Part shown: in pieces, positions 37,796 to 48,200 of the stretch
How positions within the stretch are numbered: the first letter of the stretch is position 1
How the letters are laid out: every line of letters starts with the position of its first letter
Assembly: GCA_004431415.1 (NCBI GenBank)
Contig: QPMI01000219.1
Coordinates: forward strand, 75,187-139,186
Direction of reading: 5' to 3'
From: Cyanophora paradoxa CCMP329
Taxonomy: Eukaryota > Plantae > Glaucophyta
Length of the DNA stretch: 64,000 nt
Notes under the pieces: model-generated
Told to the model about the DNA's origin: nothing
Database searches by the model: none
Seen by the model: only the letters and a program-made list of their open reading frames with translations
Made by a program: the position numbers and the translations under genes

Positions 37796-38392
37796 TTGGC
37801 TGACTCTTCAGTAGCTCACTGTGCAGCATTGCATGCCCAGAGTCAAGCAGGTAGACGATGTCCAACAAAGGTGACCCTTCTGCACCAAGCGTACTGTCCT
37901 GCGATTCCAGCTTTGGCAATCCAGGAAAAACAAATCACCCAGGGAATGTGGCATCCTGGGAAAAACAAATCTCCGACATGTACCAAAGAATAAGAGAAGC
38001 TTCGAGCTACAAGTATTACATACAGAGGAAACACTGCTGCAAGACAAGATTTTTTTTGAGGCCTATAAGAAGTACATCTACGTTGGGAAGCAGAGAGACT
38101 ACGAGCACCAAGAAGACATCAAGCAGGAACCACTGAGAAGGGAGAAGTGCCAATGTACCACCTGTAAATGCAGGCCACAGCAGTGTGCGTACGTCTCGAA
38201 GTGCTTGTTGTCAATCCTTCTCGCATGAAACGTGACAGCCCTTTCGAGAATATTCCCAGTTTCGCGAAGTGCAAATGCACTTCCCCAGCGACTGGTATGA
38301 AGAACAACGTGCAAATGCACCAACCATCCCTGTCCAAACAGAGACATGGGCTTGCCGAGCCAGTACGAGAACAACGGCTTCATAGAAGAGAA
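37796..38392. other. Unique AT-richer insert of about 595 bp between oppositely oriented satellite A arrays, copy 1
   Basis: Non-satellite sequence with coding-like but broken frames; not identified. Confidence 0.85.
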
Positions 38393-40908
38393 CCAAATCT
38401 CTCTGGGGGAACCAGTCACTAAGTCGAAGGCCCCAGGTTTCCAATCTGCCAGAAAATAGAAGAAAGATGCACCCAAAAACTCTCTGGGGAAATATGCACA
38501 AGGCGCTAGCCTTAGGCAGATGACCCACCCACCAGCAAGTCGCTCAGTCGAAGGCCCCAGGTTTCCGATCGGCCACAAAATAGAAGAAACATGCACCCCA
38601 AATCCCTCTGGGGGAATGTGCACAAGGCGCTAGCGTTAGGCAGATGACCCACCCACCTGCAAGTCACTCAGTTGAAGGGCCCAGGTTTCCAATCTGTGAC
38701 AAAATAGAAGAAAGATGCACCCCAAATCTCTCTGGGGGAATATGCACAAGGCGCTAGCCTTAGGAAGATGAACCCACCCACCAGCAATTCATTCAGTCAA
38801 AGGCCCAAGGTGCAAAGGCCCAAGGTGCATCATTCAGTCAATTCATTCAGAGATTTGGGGTGCATCATTCTTCTATTGTGTGGCGGATCAGAAGCCTGGG
38901 GCCTTCAACTGAGTGACTTGCTGGTGGGTGGGTCATCTGCGTAAGGCTACTGCCTTTTGCATATTCCCCCAGAGAGATTTGGGGTGCATCTTTCTTCTTT
39001 TTTGTCACAGATCCTTATCCTGGGGTGGGTGGGTTCATCTTCCTAAGGCAAGTGCCTTGTGCATATTCCCCCAGTGAGATTTGGGGTGCATCTTTCTTCT
39101 ATTTTCTGGCAGATTGGAAACCTGGGGCCTTTGACTGTGTGGCTTGCTGGTGGGTGGGTTCAGCTTCCCTAATGCACCCCAAATCTCTCTGGGGGAATAT
39201 GCACAAGGCGCTAGCCTTAGGAAGATGAACCCACCCACCAGCAATTCATTCAGTCAAAGGCCCAAGGTGCAAAGGCCCAAGGTGCATCATTCAGTCAATT
39301 CATTCAGAGATTTGGGGTGCATCATTCTTCTATTGTGTGGCGGATCAGAAGCCTGGGGCCTTCAACTGAGTGACTTGCTGGTGGGTGGGTCATCTGCGTA
39401 AGGCTACTGCCTTTTGCATATTCCCCCAGAGAGATTTGGGGTGCATCTTTCTTCTTTTTTGTCACAGATCCTTATCCTGGGGTGGGTGGGTTCATCTTCC
39501 TAAGGCAAGTGCCTTGTGCATATTCCCCAGTGAGATTTGGGGTGCATCTTTCTTCTATTTTCTGGCAGATTGGAAACCTGGGGCCTTTGACTGTGTGGCT
39601 TGCTGGTGGGTGGGTTCAGCTTCCTAATGCACCCCAAATCTCTCTGGGGAATATGCACAAGGCGCTAGCCTTAGGAAGATGAACCCACCCACCAGCAATT
39701 CATTCAGTCAAAGGCCCAAGGTGCAAAGGCCCAAGGTGCATCATTCAGTCAATTCATTCAGAGATTTGGGGTGCATCATTCTTCTATTGTGTGGCGGATC
39801 AGAAGCCTGGGGCCTTCAACTGAGTGACTTGCTGGTGGGTGGGTCATCTGCGTAAGGCTACTGCCTTTTGCATATTCCCCCAGAGAGATTTGGGGTGCAT
39901 CTTTCTTCTTTTTTGTCACAGATCCTTATCCTGGGGTGGGTGGGTTCATCTTCCTAAGGCAAGTGCCTTGTGCATATTCCCCCAGTGAGATTTGGGGTGC
40001 ATCTTTCTTCTATTTTCTGGCAGATTGGAAACCTGGGGCCTTTGACTGTGTGGCTTGCTGGTGGGTGGGTTCATCTTCCTAAGGCTAGCGCCTTGTGCAC
40101 ATTCCCCCAGAGAGATTTGGGATGCATCTGGCTTTTTTTGTGGAAGATCCAAAACCTGGGCCCTTTGACTGAGTGACTTGCTGGTGGGTGGGTTCATCTG
40201 GCTCAGGCTAGCGCCTTGTGCATATTCCCACAGAGAGATTTGGGGTGCATCTTTCTTCATTTTTGTCACAGATCAGAAACCTGCAGCCTTCCACTGAGTG
40301 ACTTGCTGGTGGGTGGGTCATCTTTCTAAGGCTAGCGTTTTGTGCATATTCCCCCAGAGGGATTCCGGGTGCATTTGTCTTCAATTTTTTGGTGGATCGG
40401 AAACCTTGGGCCTTTGACTGAATGAATTGCTGGTGGGTGGGTTCATCTTCCTAAGGCTAGCGCCTTGTGCATATTCCCCCAGAGAGATTGGGGGTGCATC
40501 TTTCTTCTTTTTTGTCACAGATTCTTATCCTGGGGCCTTCGACTGAGTGACTTGCTGGTGGGTGGGTCATCTTTGTAAGGCTAGCGCCTTGTGCATATTC
40601 CCACAGAGAGATTTGGGGTGCATCTTTCTCCTATTTTTTGGTGGATCAGAAACCTGCAGCCTTCGACTGAGTGACTTGCTGGTGGGTGGGTGATCTTCCT
40701 AAGGCTAGCGCCTTGTGCGTATTCCCCCAGGGAGATTGGGGGTGCATACTTCTTCTATTTTGTGGCAGATCGGAAACCTGGGGCCTCCGACTCAGTGACT
40801 TGCTGGTGGGTGGGTTCATCTTCCTAAGGCTAGCGCCTTGTGCATATTCCCCCAGAGAGATTTAGGGTGCATCCATCTTCTATTTTGTGGTGGACGGAAA
40901 CCTGGGGC

Positions 40909-41505
40909 TTGGCTGACTCTTCAGTAGCTCACTGTGCAGCATTGCATGCCCAGAGTCAAGCAGGTAGACGATGTCCAACAAAGGTGACCCTTCTGCACCA
41001 AGCGTACTGTCCTGCGATTCCAGCTTTGGCAATCCAGGAAAAACAAATCACCCAGGGAATGTGGCATCCTGGGAAAAACAAATCTCCGACATGTACCAAA
41101 GAATAAGAGAAGCTTCGAGCTACAAGTATTACATACAGAGGAAACACTGCTGCAAGACAAGATTTTTTTTGAGGCCTATAAGAAGTACATCTACGTTGGG
41201 AAGCAGAGAGACTACGAGCACCAAGAAGACATCAAGCAGGAACCACTGAGAAGGGAGAAGTGCCAATGTACCACCTGTAAATGCAGGCCACAGCAGTGTG
41301 CGTACGTCTCGAAGTGCTTGTTGTCAATCCTTCTCGCATGAAACGTGACAGCCCTTTCGAGAATATTCCCAGTTTCGCGAAGTGCAAATGCACTTCCCCA
41401 GCGACTGGTATGAAGAACAACGTGCAAATGCACCAACCATCCCTGTCCAAACAGAGACATGGGCTTGCCGAGCCAGTACGAGAACAACGGCTTCATAGAA
41501 GAGAA
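40909..41505. other. Same insert, copy 2
   Basis: Matches 37796-38392 (identical ORF translations). Confidence 0.85.
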
Positions 41506-42964
41506 CCAAATCTCTCTGGGGGAACCAGTCACTAAGTCGAAGGCCCCAGGTTTCCAATCTGCCAGAAAATAGAAGAAAGATGCACCCAAAAACTCTCTGG
41601 GGAAATATGCACAAGGCGCTAGCCTTAGGCAGATGACCCACCCACCAGCAAGTCGCTCAGTCGAAGGCCCCAGGTTTCCGATCGGCCACAAAATAGAAGA
41701 AACATGCACCCCAAATCCCTCTGGGGGAATGTGCACAAGGCGCTAGCCTTAGGCAGATGACCCACCCACCTGCAAGTCACTCAGTTGAAGGGCCCAGGTT
41801 TCCAATCTGTGACAAAATAGAAGAAAGATGCACCCCAAATCTCTCTGGGGGAATATGCACAAGGCGCTAGCCTTAGGAAGATGAACCCACCCACCAGCAA
41901 TTCATTCAGTCAAAGGCCCAAGGTTTCCGATCCACCAAACAATTGAAGACAAATGCACCCGAAATCCCTCTGGGGGAATATGCACAAGACGCTAGCCTTA
42001 GAAAGATGACCCACCCACCAGCAAGTCACTCAGTGGAAGGCTGCAGGTTTCTGATCTGTGACAAAAATGAAGAAAGATGCACCCCAAATCTCTCTGTGGG
42101 AATATGCACAAGGCGCTAGCCTGAGCCAGATGAACCCACCCACCAGCAAGTCACTCAGTCAAAGGGCCCAGGTTTTGGATCTTCCACAAAAAAAGCCAGA
42201 TGCATCCCAAATCTCTCTGGGGGAATGTGCACAAGGCGCTAGCCTTAGGAAGATGAACCCACCCACCAGCAAGCCACACAGTCAAAGGCCCCAGGTTTCC
42301 AATCTGCCAGAAAATAGAAGAAAGATGCACCCCAAATCTCACTGGGGGAATATGCATAAGGCACTTGCCTTAGGAAGATGAACCCACCCACCAGCAAGCC
42401 ACTCAGTCAAAGGCCCCAGGTTTCCGATCCGCCACAAAATAGAAGATGGATGCACCCCAAATCTCTCTGGGGCAACATGCACAAGGCGCTAGCCTCAGCC
42501 AGATGAAGGCACCCACCAGCAAGTCACTCAGTCGAAGGCTGCAGGTTTCCGATCTTCCACAAAATCGAACAAAGATGCACCCCAAATCTCTCTGTGGGAA
42601 TATGCACAAGGCGCTAGCCTGAGCCAGATGAACCCACCCACCAGCAAGTCACTCAGTCAAAGGGCCCAGGTTTCGTATCCGCCACAAAAAAAGCCAAATG
42701 CATCCCAAATCTCTCTGGGGGAATATGCACAGGCGCTAGCCTTAGGAAGATGAACCCACAAACCAGCAAGCCGCTCAGTCAAAGGCCCCAGGTTTCCGAT
42801 CCGCCACAAAATAGAAGAAGGATGCACCCCAAATCTCTCTGGGGGAATATGCACAAGGCCCAAGCCTTAGGCAGATGAACCCACCCACCAGCAAGTCACT
42901 CAGTCGAAGGCCCAGAAAGAACAAGAAAGATGCACCCCAAATCTCTCTGGGGGAATATGCCCAA

Positions 42965-43025
42965 GGGCATGCTGTTTTCTCGCTTTGGAGTTGATTGTAT
43001 GGTCAAAGGTTGTTTTGACAACAGG
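42965..43025 (+). repeat. 61-bp inverted repeat, left copy
   Basis: Reverse complement of 57791-57851 with one mismatch. Confidence 0.9.
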
Positions 43026-43282
43026 CCAGCTTTGATTGTGCTTTTTCTCATTGCTGAGTGGTGTCCTCTCATCTGAAGCCCACATGGTCAGCGCAAGTCA
43101 AGATATGCAGAGTATTGATGCATTTGCATCATGGAGCATTGTTGCTGTTCTTCTATTATCATTGGGCCAGCGAGGACATGGCCATTTCTACCACAGAGTG
43201 ATTGTTGTGAAGCGTAGTGACTCTTCCCCTTCTCTCTCGCCGCTAGCAGCTGCCTCGACTTTTCCATTAAACGTCCAACAGA

Positions 43283-44230
43283 TCACTGAAAAGGATCACT
43301 GACAACCTTAGATCCAGGTACCCCACCCCCATAGACACCTACAACTTGATGATATTGCACAGTATCACAGTCACTTACTGGGTTGCTCCATCTGAGCCGG
43401 TTGTGAAAGGTAACGATACTTCCATCTAGAATTGCCCTCGAAGGATCAAATTTGGCTGCATTCCATGCATCGCGAATGAATTCACCATCAGGATAAAAAC
43501 CTTCAGCACCCCAGTGAACTTTAAAATCGTGCAGTAAACGAGAAAAGACCAGAAGCTGAGACGTGTCGATTGATCCAGGTTCTGGATGCCAGGGAAACAG
43601 CACAATCCCTTCATCACGCAGCTGTCCCATCAGAACAATCTGACGACGTGGATGACTCTGAACAACATGCGCAGTGTGCAAAAGAAAACTACAGTGAATG
43701 GTATTGTCCCCATCAAGATGATAGAACCAAACGTCAGGAAATGAATCATGCACTAAATCAGGATAGAACTGATTCGACTTCTTCAGAACAGCAGAGACTC
43801 GTGCCTTTGGCAGAAGTTCGCAAGGACTTATGAGCACGAGCACATTGTTCGAAGATTTCCGTTTCGCTGTGCGCTCAAGCCACCAATCTCTGGCGATTGT
43901 TCCAACATCCGAGAAATTTTTTAGGTACAGAACTCCTTCAACGTATGGAGTTCCTTCTAACCATGACACAATCTCGGAATGAAAGTTACCTTCGGATTGA
44001 TAGGCATCAAGACAAATAAACCAAGTCACGTGCCAAGGATTCCCGTGCACGCAGAGCCTTGGCAGAGTCGTACCAAGAAATCCTCGATACTCGTTGTTCG
44101 GAAGTATGGGAGTCAGAATAAGCATTTCGAGCATGTTACGGTGACTGTTTTGCTGCAGCACAGAGAGCCTTCTAAGGAAAAAAACTGTAAGAACCACGAT
44201 CAAGAACGCACTTAAGAGTCGCTTTCTCAT
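43283..44230 (-). CDS. Putative GT-A fold glycosyltransferase with N-terminal membrane anchor, 315 aa, intronless
   Basis: MRKRLLSAFLIVVLTVFF anchor; ILTP, W.I.LD, G..AR, YHLDGDN (DxD), GSIDTSQ, W....Y.DG.FI and HNRL motifs typical of small GT2-like enzymes. Confidence 0.75.
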   Translation of the reverse strand: MRKRLLSAFLIVVLTVFFLRRLSVLQQNSHRNMLEMLILTPILPNNEYRGFLGTTLPRLCVHGNPWHVTWFICLDAYQSEGNFHSEIVSWLEGTPYVEGVLYLKNFSDVGTIARDWWLERTAKRKSSNNVLVLISPCELLPKARVSAVLKKSNQFYPDLVHDSFPDVWFYHLDGDNTIHCSFLLHTAHVVQSHPRRQIVLMGQLRDEGIVLFPWHPEPGSIDTSQLLVFSRLLHDFKVHWGAEGFYPDGEFIRDAWNAAKFDPSRAILDGSIVTFHNRLRWSNPVSDCDTVQYHQVVGVYGGGVPGSKVVSDPFQ

Positions 44231-44270
44231 GTTTCTCACCGGGCCCGGCAACAATCGTACCTGACTTCAA

Positions 44271-44548
44271 GCTTTCCAGGGGGAAAATGCACAAGGCCTA
44301 AGGCCAGTGCTCCCTGCCCAGCTGTGGCCCTGCGAGAGCTCTGCGTTTCCGAGCGGGACCCCCACTGAGTGTTTAGGAATTTGAACGTTTCCTGGGTTCA
44401 CTCCCTCTCCTCCCTGGTCAGTTCGAACTCCCATCGGGCCCACAACAGGTAGTCAGGTGCACGCAAACACTTTCCAGGAGGAACATACACAAGGCGCTAA
44501 CCTTAGGCAGGTGCACCCTGCCCAGCAGAGGCCCTGTAAGAAGTTCCA
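44271..44548 (+). repeat. Satellite B, about 1.3 diverged units
   Basis: ctttccagggggaaaatgcacaaggc..gtttcctgggttcactcc..caggtgcacgcaaac. Confidence 0.9.
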
Positions 44549-44567
44549 CCAACGTGTCCTGGGTGCA

Positions 44568-44672
44568 CCCTATCCGACTATATCAGCCAAAACAGCAGCA
44601 AATCTACTGTATGAAGACATTGTCTGCTTTCATGGAGTGCCTGGAGTGATTTACACAGATCCAGGCGGTGCA
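44568..44672 (+). pseudogene. Ty3/gypsy-type (rve) integrase fragment containing the second catalytic Asp
   Basis: PTISAKTAANLLYEDIVCFHGVPGVIYTDPGG matches the ..A.LF...IV..HG.P..I.SD.G consensus. Confidence 0.85.
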
Positions 44673-44829
44673 CTTAGGCAGATGAACCCACCCACCAGCA
44701 AGTCACTCAGTCAAAGGCCCCAGGATAAGGCTCTGTGACAAAATAGAAGCAAGATGCACCCCAAATCTCTCTGGGGGAATATGCACAAGGCGCTAGCCTT
44801 AGGAAGATGACCCACCCACCAGCAAGTCG

Positions 44830-45075
44830 CACACCAACAAGTGCCCGAAGAAGACGGCGGCGGCCGTGGACTGCATCGCCCGCCAGGCCGCTGCCACGGC
44901 GATGGGCCTTGCCGGACCAGCTGCTCAGAGCGCCGTTGCGGGCACCGCCGCCGGCGCTCTCGAGGCCGCCGCCCTTGAGGCCGCCGCTCGTGAGGCCGCC
45001 GCTGCCTTCGCCGCGAGCGCCGCCACGGGCGCCGTGCGCACGCGCACTGCGATCAACGCCGACTTGGACGGCAAC
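44830..45075 (+). other. GC-rich, Ala-rich coding-like fragment of probable host origin
   Basis: Open frame HTNKCPKKTAAAVDCIARQAAATAMG..ALEAAALEAAAREAAA; no start or stop. Confidence 0.5.
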
Positions 45076-45246
45076 GAGTCCATGGACCACAAAGAAAGGA
45101 GACATTCCAGTGCTTTTGTTTGCATGACTTCGAACTGCAAACAATGCAGGAGAAATGAACTTGTCCCAGTCATTGCGATCCTCATTGACATAGTTGTAGA
45201 TGATATCTTTAAAGGATTGATTAAAACGCTCAACCTTTCCAGAAGC
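45076..45246 (-). pseudogene. Ty3/gypsy-type integrase fragment containing the catalytic Glu
   Basis: ASGKVERFNQSFKDIIYNYVNEDRNDWDKFISPALFAVRSHANKSTGMSPFFVVHG. Confidence 0.9.
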
Positions 45247-48200
45247 ATATTCCCCCAGAGAGATTTGGGGTGCATCCTTCTATTTTGTGGCAGATCGGAA
45301 ACCTGGGGCCTTCAACTGAGTGACTTGCTGGTGGGTGGGTCATTTGCCTAAGGCTAGAGCCTTGTGCATATTCACCCAGAGAGATTATGGGTGCATCCTT
45401 CTTCTATTTTGTGGCAGATCGGAAACCTGCTGCCTCTGACTGGGTGACTTTCTGGTTGGAAGAGTAATCTGCGTAAGGCTAGCGCCTTGTGCATATTTCC
45501 CCAGAGAGATTTGGGGTGCATCCTTCTTCTTTTTTGTGGCAGATCAGAAACCAGGGGCCTTCGTCTGAGTGACTTGCGCTAGCCTTAGGCAGATGACCCA
45601 CCCACCAGCAAGTCACTCAATCGAAAGCCCCAGGTTTCCGATCCGCCACAATACAGAAGAAGAGCCTCAGGTTTCCGATCTGCCAGAAAATAGAAGAAGG
45701 ATGCACTTCAAATCTCTCTGGGGGAATATTCACAAGGCGCTAGCCTTAGGCAGATTACTCTTCCAACCAGCAAGTCACCCAGTCAGAGGCCGCAGGTTTC
45801 CGATCTGCCACAAAATAGAAGAAGGACGCACCCAAAATCTCTCTGGGTGAATACGCACAAGGCTCTAGCCTTAGGCAAATGACCCACCCACCAGCAAGTC
45901 ACTCAGTCGAGGGCCCCAGGTTTCCGATCCGCCACAATACAGAAGAAGAATGCCCCCCAAATCTCTCTGGGGAAATATGCACAAGGCGCTAGCCTTAGGC
46001 AGATGAACCCACCAACCACCAAGTCACTCAGTCGAAGGCCCCAGGATTAGGAACTGCCACAAAAAAGAAGCAAGATGCAACCCAAATCACTCTCGGGGAA
46101 TATGTACAAGGCGCTAGCCTTAGAAAGATGACCCACCCACCAGCAAGTCACTCAGTCGAAGGCCCCAGGATAAGGATCTGTGACAAAACTGAAGCAAGAT
46201 GCACCCCAAATCTCTCTGGGGGAATATGAACAAGGCGCTAGCCTAAGGCAGATGAACCCACCCACCAGCAAGTCACTCAGTTGAAGGCAGCAGGTTTCCA
46301 ATCTGCAACAAAATAGAAACCAGATGCACCCCAAATCTCTCTGGGGGAATATGAACAAGGCGCTAGCCTAAGGCAGATGAACCCACCCACCAGCAAGTCA
46401 CTCAGTCAAAGGCCCCAGGTTTTTCGATCCGCCACAAAATAGAAGAAGGATGCACCCCAAATCTCTCTGGGGGAATATGCCCAAGGCGTTTGCGTTACGA
46501 AGATGAACCCACCGACCAGCAAGTCACTTAGTCAAAGGAAGCAGGTTTCCAATCTGCCACAAAATAGAAGAAAGATGCACCCCAAATCACTCTGGGGGAA
46601 TATGCACAAGGCGCTGACCTAAGGGAGATGAAACCACTCACCAGCAAGTCACTCAGTTGAAGGCAGCAGGTTTCCGATCTGCAACAACATAGAAGACAGA
46701 TGCACCCCAAATCTCTCTGGGGGGATTTAAACAAGGCGCTAGCCTTAGGCAGATGAACCCACCTACCACCAAGTCACTCAGTCGAAGGCCCCAGGTTTCT
46801 GATCCGCCACAAAATAGAAGACAGATGCACCCTAAATCTCTCCGGGGGAATATCAACAAGGTGCTAGCCTTTGGCAGATGAACCCACCCACCAGCAAGTC
46901 ACTCAGTCGAAGGCCCCAGGATAAGGATCTGTGACAAAACTGAAGCAAGATGCACCCCAAATCTCTCTGGGGGAATATGAACAAGGCGCTAGCCTTAGGC
47001 AGATGACCCACCCACCAGCAAGTCACTCAGTCAAAGGCCCCAGGTTTTTCGATCCACCACAAAATAGAAGAAGGATGCACCCCAAATCTCTCTGGGGGAA
47101 TATGCCCAAGGCGTTTGCGTTACGAAGATGAACCCACCGACCAGCAAGTCACTTAGTCAAAGGAAGCAGGTTTCCAATCTGCCACAAAATAGAAGAAAGA
47201 TGCACCCCAAATCACTCTGGGGGAATATGCACAAGGCGCTGACCTAAGGGAGATGAAACCACTCACCAGCAAGTCACTCAGTTGAAGGCAGCAGGTTTCC
47301 GATCTGCAACAACATAGAAGACAGATGCACCCCAAATCTCTCTGGGAGGATTTAAACAAGGCGCTAGCCTTAGGCAGATGAACCCACCAACCACCAAGTC
47401 ACTCAGTCGAAGGTCCCAGGTTTCTGATCCGCCACAAAATAGAAGACAGATGCACCCTAAATCTCTCCGGGGGAATATCAACAAGGTGCTAGCCTTTGGC
47501 AGATGAACCCACCCACCAGCAAGTCACTCAGTCGAAGGCCCCAGGAAAAGGATCTGTGACAAAACTGAAGCAAGATGCACCCCAAATCTCTCTGGGGGAA
47601 TATGAACAAGGCGCTAGCCTTAGGCAGATGACCCACCCACCAGCAAGTCACTCAGTCAAAGGCCCCAGGTTTTTCGATCCACCACAAAATAGAAGAAGGA
47701 TGCACCCCAAATCTCTCTGGGGGAATATGCCCAAGGCGTTTGCGTTACGAAGATGAACCCACCGACCAGCAAGTCACTTAGTCAAAGGAAGCAGGTTTCC
47801 AATCTGCCACAAAATAGAAGAAAGATGCACCCCAAATCACTCTGGGGGAATATGCACAAGGCGCTGACCTAAGGGAGATGAAACCACTCACCAGCAAGTC
47901 ACTCAGTTGAAGGCAGCAGGTTTCCGATCTGCAACAACATAGAAGACAGATGCACCCCAAATCTCTCTGGGGGGATTTAAACAAGGCGCTAGCCTTAGGC
48001 AGATGAACCCACCAACCACCAAGTCACTCAGTCGAAGGCCCCAGGTTTCCGATCTGCCACAAAATAGAAGAAAGATGCACCCCAAATCTCTCTGGGGGAA
48101 TATGCACAAGGCGCTAGCCTTAGGCAGATGACCCACCCACCAGCAAGTCACTCAGTCGAAGGCCCCAGGATAAGAAACTGCCACAAAATAGAAGAAAGAC

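Larger units (their letters stand above)
36545..42966. repeat. Satellite A region with mixed orientation, a 3113-bp duplication and an about 455-bp triplicated inversion junction
   Basis: Identical ORFs at 36833/39946 and 37808/40921 (offset 3113) and an inverted copy at 42058; the same junction string occurs at about 38811, 39268 and 39722. Confidence 0.93.
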
